A DNA stretch of 64,000 bases from an uncultured delta proteobacterium (GTDB lineage: Bacteria > Myxococcota > Myxococcia > Myxococcales > Myxococcaceae): positions 2,848,001 to 2,912,000 of the forward strand of contig CAWCKH010000004.1 in NCBI GenBank assembly GCA_963796055.1, read 5' to 3'. The position numbers were made by a program, and so were the translations under genes. The notes beneath the pieces were generated by a model that searched no databases, was not told where the DNA came from, and saw only the letters and a program-made list of their open reading frames with translations. Each line of letters starts with the position of its first letter. Within the stretch, counting starts at the first letter, position 1. This document shows, one piece after another, positions 1 to 12,074 of the stretch.

Positions 1-144
1 TCGTCACCGCCGCCCACCGTCCAGGTCCCGGGCTCCAGCGCGAGCTCCGAGCCCATTCCGCGTGCCTCGAACCGGACGTGCATGGCAGGCCTCGGTCGCA
101 ACGGACGTGCCAGCGTGAGCCGTCGAGCGAGTAGGGTGCGCCGC

Positions 145-1317
145 GTGAGTCGTTTCCCTTCGACGACCCTCCTCTGCGTGGCGCTCCTCGTCCCGGCCTG
201 TCGCGACGAGCAGGCCGGCCCCCGTCCGCGGGCACGGGCGCCGGCGTCCGCGGCGGCGGAGGCGCCGGGCGCGGTGCAGGGCACCTGGGCCGGCGGGGCC
301 ATCAAGTACCTCGGCACGCGGGTGGAGCGCGGACGGAACGAGCACGGTCAGGACGCGGTTCGCCTCACCCACCGGTTCGAGGCGACCCGGCGGCTCGAGC
401 CCGGGTGGCAGATCTTCGTCCACCTGGTGGACGCCCGGACCGGGCAGATGCTGGCCAACGCAGACCACCCCCCGCCGATGCCGCTCGAGCAGTGGCCGGT
501 GGGGCAGCCGGTGCAGGACGTACAGGTCCTCGTGCTGCCGCCTGGCGCGCCGGAGATCCAGGTCCTGCTCGGGTTCTGGCACGACGACCAGCGGCTCCCG
601 GTGGATCAGCCCGCGGCGCAGGACGGACAGCAGCGGATGCGCGGACCGGTCATCGGTGGCGGTCCCCCCGTGCCCGAGGCGCACGTCCGCCGGACGTCCG
701 TCCCTCCGAGGCTCGACGGCGTGCTCGACGATGCCGCCTGGCAGGGCGCGACGCCGTTCACCCTGGTGGACAGCCTCGACGGCCGGCCGGCGCCGTTTCG
801 GACGACCGCACGCCTCGCGTGGGACGACGAGGCGCTGTACGTGGCGTTCGAGTGCGAGGACCCGGACGTCTGGGGCACGTTCAGCAAGCGCGACGAGCCG
901 CTCTACACGCAGGAGGTGGTGGAGATCTTCCTCGACGCCGACGCCGACGGACGGACCTACGACGAGATCGAGGTGAGCCCCCACAACGTCGTCTTCGACG
1001 CCTACTTCCCGGCACGCCGCCAGGGCATGGACCTGTCGTGGGACTCGGGGCTGCAGAGCGCGGTGAAGGTCTCCGGGACGCTCGACGATGCCTCGGACCG
1101 TGACCAGGGCTGGACGGTGGAGATGCGCATTCCGTTCGCCCGGCTCCACGCCGTGCCGCACCTGCCGCCGCGTCCGGGCGACCGGTGGCGGTTCAACCTG
1201 TACCGGCTCGAGCTCCCCGACCGGAAGCACGCCCAGGGGCAGGCGTTCTCCCCGCTGTTCGTCGGCGACTTCCACGCCGTCGACCGATTCGCCTGGCTCG
1301 TCTTCGACGGCGGCTGA
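145..1317 (+). CDS. Putative lipoprotein with C-terminal carbohydrate-binding family 9-like (CBM9/DUF1083-like) domain
   Basis: ORF 82..1317; GTG at 145 precedes a lipobox-like LLCVALLVPAC. C-terminal half has PRLDGVLDDAAW, LAWDDEALYVAFEC, EVVEIFLD, GWTVEMRIPF and WRFNLYR motifs typical of CBM9-like domains. Start uncertain. Confidence 0.75.
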   Translation: MSRFPSTTLLCVALLVPACRDEQAGPRPRARAPASAAAEAPGAVQGTWAGGAIKYLGTRVERGRNEHGQDAVRLTHRFEATRRLEPGWQIFVHLVDARTGQMLANADHPPPMPLEQWPVGQPVQDVQVLVLPPGAPEIQVLLGFWHDDQRLPVDQPAAQDGQQRMRGPVIGGGPPVPEAHVRRTSVPPRLDGVLDDAAWQGATPFTLVDSLDGRPAPFRTTARLAWDDEALYVAFECEDPDVWGTFSKRDEPLYTQEVVEIFLDADADGRTYDEIEVSPHNVVFDAYFPARRQGMDLSWDSGLQSAVKVSGTLDDASDRDQGWTVEMRIPFARLHAVPHLPPRPGDRWRFNLYRLELPDRKHAQGQAFSPLFVGDFHAVDRFAWLVFDGG

Positions 1318-1326
1318 GCAGCCGAC

Positions 1327-1578
1327 TCACCCGGTCCGGAAATCCCACCGGCTCTCGGCCTCGCTCGGCGCGCGCGGGTCGCCCAGGAAGTGGAGGTAGC
1401 CCTGGAGCTCCAGGGTATCGACCACCGACTCGGCCTCCAGCTGGCTGAAGCCGTGCAGGTCCACGAGCGCGTCGCGCATCATCGACTTGCCACGCAGGTA
1501 TCCCACTGGCTCGCCCGGGCCGAGCGCGCGGTGGAGGTCCCGGCTGAGGGCGGCGAGGTCGAGGTCCTCGGGGATCAT
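1327..1578 (-). CDS. Small hypothetical protein (83 aa), probably co-transcribed with comEC
   Basis: C-terminal part of the long spurious ORF 1327..4548: MIPEDLDLAALSRDL...RWDFRTG. ATG at 1578 overlaps the comEC stop; coding-like codon usage. Confidence 0.65.
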   Translation of the reverse strand: MIPEDLDLAALSRDLHRALGPGEPVGYLRGKSMMRDALVDLHGFSQLEAESVVDTLELQGYLHFLGDPRAPSEAESRWDFRTG

Positions 1579-3998
1579 CTGTGCGACGGTGTACTCGGGG
1601 CGCCCGCGCCGGCAAGCGGCCGGGCCACGAGCCGACCGGCACGCCCCCGGAACGTCTCCCACCGAACGCTGCGCCGATCGAGCACGACGCGGATGGCCCC
1701 GTCGACGTCGGTGCGGAGGATCACCGCCCCGCTCTCCCGCCAGCGCGCCACCACTTCCGGCGCGGGGAGGCCGAAGCGGTTGGCGCGCCCGTCGGAGAAC
1801 AGCGCCAGCCACGCCTGGCTCACGGAGACGAGTCGGGGCGTGCTCGAGGAGCGCGAGCCGTGGTGGGGCACCTTCACCACCGTGCTCTCCAGTGGCGGAA
1901 GCGCCTCCTCGGCCGCGGCCCCGGCATCGCCCGGGAGCAGCACGGAGCGGCCCGCGGCGCTCAGGTGGAGCACCAGGCTGCGGTCGTTGACCGTCCGGAG
2001 AACGCCCGTGTCCCGGGGTGGAGAGAGGACCCGCACCGTCGCTCCGCCGAGCGTCCGGACCTCGCCCGCCGCGAGCCACTCCACCCGCGCGGGTCCGGCC
2101 GCGGCCAGCAGCGCATCCACCAGTGGCCCGCGCTCCACCCCGGCCGGGAGCCAGAGCCGGTCCACCGGGAGCTCGCGCAGCACGGCGAGGAGCCCGAGCG
2201 CGTGGTCCGGATGCGGATGGGACAGCGCCACCACATCGAGCCGCCGGATGCCCCGCTCGCGGAGGTAGGGCAGCACCACCCGTGCACCCGGGTCGATGCC
2301 ATCGGGCACGCCTCCGCCGTCCACCAGGAGGTTCGTCCCGGCAGAGGAGGCGAGGAGCGCGTCGCCGTGACCCACCGGGAGCACGGTGAGCTCGAGGGGC
2401 GCTCGGGGCTCGACGAGGGGTCGGGCGAGCACGGCAGCCACCGCCAGGGCGACGACCCACCCTGAGCGTCGCACGCCCAGCGCCACGCCGAGGAGCCCGA
2501 GCGCGAAGGCCGCCCCCGCCGGCCAGGAGAACGACGGCGAGGGGAGCACCCCGAGCGGCACCGCCGCACCGGCGCCCACCAGGGCCAGCAGCGCCCGGGC
2601 CGCCAGGGACGCGACCAGCAGCGGCGCGGCAGCGAGCGCCGGGGAGAGGCAGAACGCGCCGGCGGTCACCGCGCAGGCGAGGGTGAGGACGGAGGCGACG
2701 GGGAGGGCCAGCACGTTCACCACGCAGCCCACCAGCGAGATGCGATGGAAGGCGGTCGCGACCAGGGGAACGGAGGCCAGGGTGACCGCAGCGCTCGCGG
2801 TGAAGACGCCGAGCAACGCCTCGCGGACCTGCTCCACCGCCCGGCGCCAGCGATGGGGGCACCGGGGGTCCGGCGGTCGCACCGGGACCAGGGCGCGGAG
2901 CCGGGGGGCGAGCAGCACCAGCGCCAGGACGGCGGTGAAGCTGAGCTGGAGCGAGAGGTCCCGGACCGACGCCGGGTCGGCGACGAGGAGGAGGCCGGCG
3001 GCCAGCGCCAGCGCGTTCAGGGCGTCGGTGTGGCGCTGCAGCGCTCGACCGGCGAGGACCAGGGCGAGCATCAGCGCCGAACGGACCGCAGGAGGCTGGT
3101 TGCCGGTGAAGACGACGTAGCCCCAGACGAGCGGCAGCGCGGCGAGGGCCGCCGGCCGGCGCGCGTCGAGCCGCAGGACCAGGGCCGGCACCCCCCGCAG
3201 CATCCCCGCGAGCAGCGCGGCGAGCACCAGCGCGAGCGCGGCCACGTGCAGCCCGCTCACGCTCAGCACGTGGGCCAGCCCGCTGCGGGCGAAGCGGTCC
3301 TCCCACTCGGGCGCGAGCTCCGAGCGCAGCCCCGCGGCGAGCGCGCAGACCAGCGCCGCGGCATCGGCGTCGGCGAGGCGCCCGCGCGTCCACCGCCCGA
3401 AGGCCTCCCGGCGCTCCGACACCCAGCGCCGCCAGTCGTCGGGCGCCGAGAGCGGCACCAGGGAGCCAGGGAGGATCCGGCCGGAGGTCAGAAGCCCCCG
3501 GGCCCGCGCTGCAGCGCCCAGGTCGGGCTGGCCCCACGACTCCGGCCCGACGTCGGCCCGGAGCTGGGTCCGGAGCCTGACCCGCTGTCCGGCCCAGGGA
3601 TGACTCTCGGGGTCGCTCCACCACAAGCGCGTCCGCGCCCTCGCGGTCTGGTCGTCGACGCGGGAGACCTCGAGGACGCCCCGCCCCCCGCGCGCGTGGG
3701 CCTCCGCCGAGGCGAGGCGGCCCTCCAGCAGAACCGGTCTTCCGACGGGGAGTGGGGTGGAGCGTTCCGCCCGCGCGGCGAGCACCGCGCCGGTGAGGAT
3801 CGCGGAGGCGAGAAGCGCGAGGTGCGCCCCCTCTCGGGCCCGCAGGGCGAACGCAATGGTTGCCAGGGCAGCAGCCAGGCAAGCGATCACAGCGGGAGCC
3901 GGACGGGCCAGGGCAGGCAGGGCACTGCCCAGTCCGAGCGCGAGGACGGGAAAGAGGAGCGGGCGGATCCCCAGGTCTTTCCAGCGCCAGCAGCCCAT
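1575..3998 (-). CDS. comEC: DNA internalization competence protein ComEC/Rec2
   Basis: Competence domain motif GLAHVLSVSGLHV, SLQLSF, multiple TM helices, and a C-terminal metallo-beta-lactamase domain (VGHGDA, DGGG, SHPHPDH, LPGD, PHHGS). Confidence 0.95.
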   Translation of the reverse strand: MGCWRWKDLGIRPLLFPVLALGLGSALPALARPAPAVIACLAAALATIAFALRAREGAHLALLASAILTGAVLAARAERSTPLPVGRPVLLEGRLASAEAHARGGRGVLEVSRVDDQTARARTRLWWSDPESHPWAGQRVRLRTQLRADVGPESWGQPDLGAAARARGLLTSGRILPGSLVPLSAPDDWRRWVSERREAFGRWTRGRLADADAAALVCALAAGLRSELAPEWEDRFARSGLAHVLSVSGLHVAALALVLAALLAGMLRGVPALVLRLDARRPAALAALPLVWGYVVFTGNQPPAVRSALMLALVLAGRALQRHTDALNALALAAGLLLVADPASVRDLSLQLSFTAVLALVLLAPRLRALVPVRPPDPRCPHRWRRAVEQVREALLGVFTASAAVTLASVPLVATAFHRISLVGCVVNVLALPVASVLTLACAVTAGAFCLSPALAAAPLLVASLAARALLALVGAGAAVPLGVLPSPSFSWPAGAAFALGLLGVALGVRRSGWVVALAVAAVLARPLVEPRAPLELTVLPVGHGDALLASSAGTNLLVDGGGVPDGIDPGARVVLPYLRERGIRRLDVVALSHPHPDHALGLLAVLRELPVDRLWLPAGVERGPLVDALLAAAGPARVEWLAAGEVRTLGGATVRVLSPPRDTGVLRTVNDRSLVLHLSAAGRSVLLPGDAGAAAEEALPPLESTVVKVPHHGSRSSSTPRLVSVSQAWLALFSDGRANRFGLPAPEVVARWRESGAVILRTDVDGAIRVVLDRRSVRWETFRGRAGRLVARPLAGAGAPSTPSHR

Positions 3999-4030
3999 CC
4001 CCCGCCCCCCGTCCAGCCCCGCCCAGAACC

Positions 4031-4490
4031 GTGATTGCAGCCTCCTGGGCGGGTCCTACTGCAAAAGCCGGGCAATCCTCTCTGTCGATCCGTCTGCGGC
4101 CGCCCGCCCCGTGATTGCGGCCGCCTGGCGGGTCCGACTGCAACCCCGCGCATCCTCTCTGTCGATCCGTCTGCGGCCGCCCGCCCCGTGATTGCGGCCG
4201 CCTGGCGGGTCCGACTGCAACCCCGCGCATCCTCTCTGTCGATCCGTCTGCGGCCGCCCGCCCCGTGATTGCGGCCGCCTGGCGGGTCCGACTGCAACCC
4301 CGCGCATCCTCTCTGTCGATCCGTCTGCAGCCGCCCGCCCCGTGATTGCGGCCGCCTGGCGGGTCCGACTGCAACCCCGCGCATCCTCTCTGTCGATCCG
4401 TCTGCGGCCGCCCGCCCCGTGATTGCGGCCGCCTGGCGGGTCCGACTGCAACCCCGCGCATCCTCTCTGTCGATACGTCTGCGGCCGCCC
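4031..4490. repeat. Tandem repeat, 77-bp unit x ~6 (first unit degenerate, last truncated)
   Basis: Unit GTGATTGCGGCCGCCTGGCGGGTCCGACTGCAACCCCGCGCATCCTCTCTGTCGATCCGTCTGCGGCCGCCCGCCCC starts at 4111, 4188, 4265, 4342 and 4419; diverged 80-bp copy at 4031-4110. Confidence 0.97.
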
Positions 4491-4547
4491 TGACAAAAAT
4501 GGCGCGACAGCCTAGTCGGGGCTGCACCGCCGGGTCAAGACGACGCA

Positions 4548-4576
4548 TTGCACAAAGCGAGAATCCGTGCTAAATT
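4548..4576 (+). promoter_or_regulatory. Probable primary-sigma (sigma70-type) promoter of cdnL
   Basis: TTGCAC (4548-4553), 17-bp spacer ending in TGC (extended -10), then TAAATT (4571-4576), ~45 bp upstream of the cdnL start. Confidence 0.6.
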
Positions 4577-4620
4577 GTTGGACTTTGCGGCGTTCGAGGC
4601 CGCGAGGAGGCAGCTCCCAA

Positions 4621-5115
4621 GTGCAGACCAGCTTCAAGACGGGCGACAAGGCCGTGTACCCCGGCCAGGGCGTGGGCGAGGTGATGGGCATCGAGCACAC
4701 CGAGGTCGCCGGCCAGCGCCAGTCGTTCTACGTCCTCCGCATCCTGGAGAACGGGATGCGGATCATGATCCCGATCAACAAGGTCGGCTCGGTCGGCCTG
4801 CGGGAGATCATCAGCGAGGACGACGTGAAGCAGGTCTACGCCATCCTCCGGGAGAAGGACATCTCGGTCGACTCCACCACCTGGAACCGGCGGTACCGGG
4901 AGTACATGGAGAAGATCAAGACCGGTTCGGTCTTCGAGATCGCCGAGGTGCTCCGCGACCTGTACCTCCTCAAGGGCGACAAGGACCTGTCCTTCGGGGA
5001 GCGGAAGATGCTCGACACCGCCCGGGCCCTGCTGATCAAGGAGCTCAGCCTCGCCAAGGAGTGCACCGAGGACGAGATCGAGGCCGACCTCCGGAAGATC
5101 TTCAGCATCACCTAG
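4621..5115 (+). CDS. cdnL: CarD-family RNA polymerase-binding protein CdnL
   Basis: GTG start after AGGAGG; (M)QTSFKTGDKAVYPGQGVGEV...WNRRYREYMEKIKTG is the CarD_CdnL_TRCF family and closely resembles myxobacterial CdnL. Confidence 0.95.
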   Translation: MQTSFKTGDKAVYPGQGVGEVMGIEHTEVAGQRQSFYVLRILENGMRIMIPINKVGSVGLREIISEDDVKQVYAILREKDISVDSTTWNRRYREYMEKIKTGSVFEIAEVLRDLYLLKGDKDLSFGERKMLDTARALLIKELSLAKECTEDEIEADLRKIFSIT

Positions 5116-5131
5116 GTCGAGGGAGGGCCCC

Positions 5132-5818
5132 TTGGCGCGCCCCCCGAATTCGGCCGAGGAAGCCCGTGACGAGCGGATCCGCCAGCTCGAGCGGAGCACC
5201 CGCCGCCGGGTGACTGGCGTCCAGCTCCCGGTGGCGGTGCTGTGCTTCACCGGAGCGCTCTTCCTGCTCGCGCGCGAGGCGCCGGACGTGGCCTACGTCT
5301 TCGCCAGCCGCGAGCCCATCACCCTCGGCAGCGAGGGGAGCTACCACCTCGACCGCCTGCGGCCGAACGTGTTCGCCCAGGTGCACGGGGTGCCGCTGGG
5401 CACCGCGTTCTACGGTGTGGAGCGTGGGGCGCGCGTCGTGCTGGTCCCGATGCAGGACACGCCGCTGCTGGTGCGCCGGCCGGTCCTCCCCAGCGAGGAC
5501 TGGGTTCCCGGCAAGCGCCCTCCGCCTCCCGATCCGCGGCCGTTCGGCGTGCGCGGGCGGCTGCTCCCGCTGGAGGACGTCGCCGGCTACCGGGACTCGG
5601 CGCCGCAGCTCCGCGGACTTCAGGGACTCCGGCCGGTGGACGGACGACTCTGGGTGCTCCGCGAGGGCGAACGGCCCGGGGAGGACCGGGGCCCGCTGAT
5701 CATCGCCCTGGTGCTGCTCGGCTTCGCCGGGCTGAATGCCGTGCTCGCCGTCCGCGGCGCGCAGGCGATCCTCCAGGATCGCGCGGCCCGTCGCCGGCCC
5801 AATCTGCACTCCGTCTGA
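5132..5818 (+). CDS. Hypothetical membrane protein (two TM segments)
   Basis: 228-aa ORF directly after cdnL with hydrophobic segments near both ends; GC3-rich codons. Confidence 0.65.
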   Translation: MARPPNSAEEARDERIRQLERSTRRRVTGVQLPVAVLCFTGALFLLAREAPDVAYVFASREPITLGSEGSYHLDRLRPNVFAQVHGVPLGTAFYGVERGARVVLVPMQDTPLLVRRPVLPSEDWVPGKRPPPPDPRPFGVRGRLLPLEDVAGYRDSAPQLRGLQGLRPVDGRLWVLREGERPGEDRGPLIIALVLLGFAGLNAVLAVRGAQAILQDRAARRRPNLHSV

Positions 5819-5852
5819 GGGTTCGAAGAGGGCGCCGACCGGTCGCGGCGGC

Positions 5853-6584
5853 TCAGCGCGGCGGCGCCTGGGACGCCGGAGGCGAGATGCGCAGCCAGGC
5901 CGGATGGGTCTGGACCGTCCAGAGCGCCAGCGCGGTGGCCAGGAGGAACCCGGCGGTGGCCGCGAGCACCGCGACCCGCACGGGACGCACGGCGGTGTCG
6001 CGCTCCGGCCTGGTCGACCGGCGGCGGGGGCGATCCGTCCGCGCGTTTCCGCCGGGCACCCGGAGCCTCAGGACTGCCGGACCGATGTGGATCCGCTGGC
6101 CTATCTGAAGCTCGCAGGGTCCAGCGAGCCGCTCGTCGTCGAGGAAGGTGCCGTTCTGGCTGCCCAGGTCCTCGAGGAACAGTCGCTCGCCCCGGCGGGT
6201 GAGCCGGGCGTGGCGCCGGCTGATGGAGGCGTGCGGCAACCGGAGGTCGCAGCTGCTCGAGCGGCCGAGGATGAGCGCGCCCTCGCTGATGGGGAGCAGC
6301 TGGCCGGTGCCGGGTCCGTGCTCAGCGTAGAGGAAGATCTCCTGGTTGCCCGGCCCGGCGACGGTGGAGACCATCGACGCCGCTCCGATGGTGTCCCGCC
6401 CTGCGCGACGCTTGCGACCCGGCCGGACCGGATAGGTCGTCACCCGCTGCGGCGCGGGGTCGTCCGCGTTCAGAGGCGTCGCCTCGCGCTCGTCGAACGG
6501 GAGCTCGCCCGTGTCCTCGGAGTCCTTCGTGCCATCCTCGGGGGGAGGTCGCCGCGGAGGTCGCTTGGGGTTGGATGGCGCCAT
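5853..6584 (-). CDS. FHA domain-containing membrane-anchored protein
   Basis: FHA motifs LILGRSS, SISRRHA, LEDLGSQNGTF; C-terminal TM helix. Confidence 0.85.
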   Translation of the reverse strand: MAPSNPKRPPRRPPPEDGTKDSEDTGELPFDEREATPLNADDPAPQRVTTYPVRPGRKRRAGRDTIGAASMVSTVAGPGNQEIFLYAEHGPGTGQLLPISEGALILGRSSSCDLRLPHASISRRHARLTRRGERLFLEDLGSQNGTFLDDERLAGPCELQIGQRIHIGPAVLRLRVPGGNARTDRPRRRSTRPERDTAVRPVRVAVLAATAGFLLATALALWTVQTHPAWLRISPPASQAPPR

Positions 6585-6620
6585 GCTCGTTCGCGGGGTC
6601 CCTCATCCCTCGCCCGTGCA

Positions 6621-8129
<1,509 letters not shown>

Positions 8130-8236
8130 ACGGGCTCAGCGTCCCTGCGTGATGCGGATGGTGAAGTCCGCTCGCGCTGTCCAGCCGTCCCCGGGTGTGG
8201 ACGCAGGCCCTCGCCCCGGGGCAGAACGGACCGGGT

Positions 8237-9901
8237 ATGGTCACTGCCGCCCTCGCGCTGGCGCTCGCCGCCGCGCCCCCCGCCCGGACCTCCGCGGTCG
8301 CCGAGCGGGCGATCACCGCCGACGCCATTCGCGCCCACGTCCGCTTCCTGGCCTCGGATCTCCTGGAAGGTCGAGGACCGGGTACCCGGGGCGACGCGCT
8401 CGCCCAGGGGTACATCGCCGCGCAGCTCGAGGCGCTCGGGCTGCGGCCCGCCGGCACGCAGGGCTTCCTCCAGCCGTTCGACATCGTGGGCGTGGACGGC
8501 CACGCCGAGACGGTGCAGTTCACCCGCGGCCGGGAGTCCCTCGTGCTCCGCCATCCCGACGAGGTGATCGTCGTGGCAGGAGACGCTGCCGCGCACACCG
8601 CGCTCGAGCGGGCGGAGCTGGTCTTCGTGGGCTACGGCATCCGCGCCCCCGAGTACGGCTGGGACGATTTCAAGGGGCGCGACCTCCGGGGCAAGGTGCT
8701 GCTGATCCTCAACAGCGATCCCGAGGATGACCCGGCGCTGTTCGCCGGCCGGACGCGTCTCTGGTACGGACGCTGGGACTACAAGTTCGAGATGGCGGCC
8801 AAGGTCGGCGCGGCAGGAGCCATCATCTTCCACACCCCGCACAGCGCGGGCTACCCCTGGCAGGTGGTGCGCAGCTCCTGGACCGGCCCGCAGTACTCGG
8901 TGCCGACGAGCGAGCGCCGCGTGCCGCTGCGAGGCTGGGTGGCGGAGGACGCCTGCCGCGAGCTCGCTGCGCTCGCGGGGAGAAGCCTGGAGGAGCTGGT
9001 GCGCTCGGCGAACCGACGCGAGTTCCAGCCGGTCCCGCTGGGCATCACCGTCAGCACCGCGTTCGATAGCCGGGTCGAGCGCACCCGGACGGCGAACGTG
9101 CTGGCCCTGCTGCCCGGGAGCGACCGGCGCCTGTCCTCGGAGGTGGTCCTCTACACCGCACACCACGACCATCTCGGCATGCGGACCGGTGCCGCCCCCG
9201 GGGAGGACGCCATCTACAACGGCGCCGAGGACAACGCCTCCGGGGTAGCCCTGATGCTCTCCATCGCCCGCGCCTACGCCGCGCTGCCGGTCGCCCCGCG
9301 GCGGAGCATCCTCTTCGCCGCGGTGGCCGCCGAGGAGCAGGGGCTGCTCGGCTCGGAGTACCTGGCCCGCCACCCGCCGGTGCTGCTCGGCCGGATCGCG
9401 GTGGACATCAACATCGACGGGGCGAACGTCTTCGGCCGTACCCGGGACGTCACCGTCATCGGGCTGGGGAAGACCGACCTGGACGTCACCCTCGGCGCCC
9501 TCGCCCGGGCGCAGGGTCGGGTGCTCCGGAGCGACCAGCTTCCGGACCGCGGGTACTTCTACCGGAGCGATCAGTTCAGCTTCGCCCGGGCGGGGGTCCC
9601 TTCGGCGTACTTCGAGAGTGGGCTCGACTACCGCGGCCGCCCGCCTGGCTGGGGCCGGGAGAAGCGCGAGGCATGGGAGGAGACCCGTTACCACCAGCCG
9701 TCGGATGAGCTGACCCCTGACTGGGATCTCGCCGGCGCGGTGGAGGACGCCCGTCTGCAGTTCGCGCTCGGATACAGCGTCGCCCAGGCCACGGCCCTGC
9801 CTGCCTGGACAAAGGGGGACGAGTTCGAGGCACCCCGGCAACGCTCCCTGGAGGCGGTCCGGCAGCATCCGCCGGGCGCCACGCCGGCCAGCGGACGGTG
9901 A
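8237..9901 (+). CDS. Secreted M28 family metallopeptidase with PA domain
   Basis: Signal-peptide-like N-terminus; LASDLLEGRGPGT, TAHHDHLG, NGAEDNASG, AEEQGLLGS, RSDQFSF, YHQPSD. Confidence 0.9.
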   Translation: MVTAALALALAAAPPARTSAVAERAITADAIRAHVRFLASDLLEGRGPGTRGDALAQGYIAAQLEALGLRPAGTQGFLQPFDIVGVDGHAETVQFTRGRESLVLRHPDEVIVVAGDAAAHTALERAELVFVGYGIRAPEYGWDDFKGRDLRGKVLLILNSDPEDDPALFAGRTRLWYGRWDYKFEMAAKVGAAGAIIFHTPHSAGYPWQVVRSSWTGPQYSVPTSERRVPLRGWVAEDACRELAALAGRSLEELVRSANRREFQPVPLGITVSTAFDSRVERTRTANVLALLPGSDRRLSSEVVLYTAHHDHLGMRTGAAPGEDAIYNGAEDNASGVALMLSIARAYAALPVAPRRSILFAAVAAEEQGLLGSEYLARHPPVLLGRIAVDINIDGANVFGRTRDVTVIGLGKTDLDVTLGALARAQGRVLRSDQLPDRGYFYRSDQFSFARAGVPSAYFESGLDYRGRPPGWGREKREAWEETRYHQPSDELTPDWDLAGAVEDARLQFALGYSVAQATALPAWTKGDEFEAPRQRSLEAVRQHPPGATPASGR

Positions 9902-9929
9902 GCCGGCGCGTTAGGTTCCATCGCTTGCC

Positions 9930-12074
9930 ATGGCCGGGTTCGAGCTCGTCACCGATTACAAGCCGCAGGGAGATCAGCCGCGGGCGATCGCCGAGCTGGT
10001 GGAGGGCGTCGTCCGGGGCGACCTGCACCAGACCCTCCTCGGGGTGACCGGTTCGGGGAAGACCTTCACCATGGCGCAGGTGGTGGCCCAGGTGCAGCGG
10101 CCCACCCTGGTCATCGCCCACAACAAGACCCTGGCGGCGCAGCTCTACGGGGAGTTCAAGGAGCTCTTCCCTCGGAACGCCGTCGAGTACTTCATCAGCT
10201 ATTACGACTACTACCAGCCCGAGGCCTACATCCCTTCCTCGGACACGTACATCGAGAAGGACTCGTTCATCAACGACGAGATCGAGCGGATGCGGCACTC
10301 GGCGACGCACTCGCTCCGGACCCGCGACGACGTGCTCATCGTGGCCTCGGTGTCCTGCATCTACGGCCTGGGCACGGCCCGGAGCTACATGGCGCTGGCC
10401 GCGACGGCGCAGAAGGGCGCCGAGCTGGGGCGTGACGTGCTGATGCGCCGGCTGGTCGACGCGCAGTACACGCGCAGCGACCTGGACTTCCACCGGGGCA
10501 CCTTCCGGGTGCGGGGCGACACGGTGGAGGTCTTTCCCGCCTACGAGGAGGAGCGGGCGGTGCGGATCGAGTTCTTCGGCGACACGGTGGAGCGCATCGC
10601 CGAGTTCGACCCCCTGCGCGGGCAGTCGCTGTCCGAGGTGGAGAAGATCGTCATCTTCCCCGCCAGCCACTACGTCACCGAGGAGGAGCAGAGGGCCCGG
10701 GCCATCCGCGACATCCGGGACGAGCTGCGCGAGCGGCTGCAGTGGTTCCGGGCCCACGGCAAGCTGCTCGAGGCCCAGCGCCTCGAGGAGCGCACGATGT
10801 ACGACCTGGAGATGATGGAGCAGGTCGGCTTCTGCAACGGCATCGAGAACTACAGCCGGCACCTCTCCGGCCGCGCCGCCGGCGAGCCCCCGCCCTGTCT
10901 CCTCGACTACTACCCCAAGAACCTCCTGGTCTTCCTCGACGAGAGCCACCAGACGGTGCCCCAGATCGGCGCGATGTACCGGGGCGACCGGAGCCGCAAG
11001 GAGACCCTGGCCGAGTACGGCTTCCGGCTCCCCAGCGCGATGGACAACCGCCCGCTGAAGTTCGACGAGTTCGAGGCCATGGTCCCGCAGGCCGTCTACG
11101 TCAGCGCGACGCCGGGGGAGTACGAGCTGCAGCGGAGCCACGGGGTGGTGGTGGAGCAGGTGATCCGCCCCACCGGCCTCACCGACCCGCTGGTCGAGGT
11201 GCGGCCGGCGCGGAACCAGGTGGAGGACCTCCTGGAAGAGGTGCGCCAGCGGGCGGCGGCCAAGGAGCGGGTGCTGGTGACGACGCTCACCAAGCGGATG
11301 GCGGAGGACCTCACCGAGTACTTCGCCGACGTGGGCGTGCGCGTCCGCTACCTGCACTCGGACATCGACGCGCTGGAGCGCACGGCGATCATCCGCGACC
11401 TCCGCCGCGGCGAATTCGACGTGCTGGTGGGGATCAACCTCCTCCGCGAGGGGCTGGACATCCCCGAGGTGTCTCTGGTCGCCATCCTCGATGCGGACAA
11501 GGAGGGCTTCCTCCGCAGCCAGGTGAGCCTCATCCAGACCATCGGTCGGGCGGCCCGCCACGTCGGCGGGCGGGTGCTGATGTACGCCGACCAGGTGACC
11601 GAGTCGATGCAGCGGGCGCTCGACGAGACCCAGCGGCGGCGCGAGCTGCAAGAGGCCTGGAACCGCGCGCACGGCATCACGCCCCAGGGGGTGAAGAAGG
11701 CCATCCTCGACCTGAGCGAGGTGCTGTACCGGTCGGATGGCCTGTCCCTGCCGAAGGCCGCCGAGGACGAGCTGCTCACCGCCGAGGAGATTGGCCGGCT
11801 GACGCGCGAGTACTCGGCGGAGATGCACCGCGCGGCGGACGAGATGGAGTTCGAGCGCGCGGCGGCGCTCCGGGACAAGGTGCTCGTGCTCAAGGACATG
11901 GACCTCGGCCTGAAGCCGCCCTCGCGCTCGCTGCTGGAGACCGGGGCTCAGAGCGAGGAACGGTCCGCTGCCCCCGGGGGACGGCCGCGGGGCCGGCGCC
12001 GGGGCGCGGGCGTCGAGCGGGCTCAGCCCCAGGGAGGCTGGAGGGCCGCCGGGCGGGGCAGGAAGCGGCACTGA
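9930..12074 (+). CDS. uvrB: Excinuclease ABC subunit B
   Basis: [48 protein letters not shown]-terminal UVR coil. Confidence 0.99.
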   Translation: MAGFELVTDYKPQGDQPRAIAELVEGVVRGDLHQTLLGVTGSGKTFTMAQVVAQVQRPTLVIAHNKTLAAQLYGEFKELFPRNAVEYFISYYDYYQPEAYIPSSDTYIEKDSFINDEIERMRHSATHSLRTRDDVLIVASVSCIYGLGTARSYMALAATAQKGAELGRDVLMRRLVDAQYTRSDLDFHRGTFRVRGDTVEVFPAYEEERAVRIEFFGDTVERIAEFDPLRGQSLSEVEKIVIFPASHYVTEEEQRARAIRDIRDELRERLQWFRAHGKLLEAQRLEERTMYDLEMMEQVGFCNGIENYSRHLSGRAAGEPPPCLLDYYPKNLLVFLDESHQTVPQIGAMYRGDRSRKETLAEYGFRLPSAMDNRPLKFDEFEAMVPQAVYVSATPGEYELQRSHGVVVEQVIRPTGLTDPLVEVRPARNQVEDLLEEVRQRAAAKERVLVTTLTKRMAEDLTEYFADVGVRVRYLHSDIDALERTAIIRDLRRGEFDVLVGINLLREGLDIPEVSLVAILDADKEGFLRSQVSLIQTIGRAARHVGGRVLMYADQVTESMQRALDETQRRRELQEAWNRAHGITPQGVKKAILDLSEVLYRSDGLSLPKAAEDELLTAEEIGRLTREYSAEMHRAADEMEFERAAALRDKVLVLKDMDLGLKPPSRSLLETGAQSEERSAAPGGRPRGRRRGAGVERAQPQGGWRAAGRGRKRH

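Noticed and set aside
4031..4490. 77-bp array as a CRISPR array
   Set aside because: Units are head-to-tail and essentially identical, with no unique spacers; no cas genes in the window.
1327..4548. 1073-aa ORF and the other ORFs crossing the 77-bp array
   Set aside because: Arg/Gly/Pro-rich shadow frames overlapping comEC; the repeat period is not a multiple of 3. Only the last 83 codons look like a real gene.
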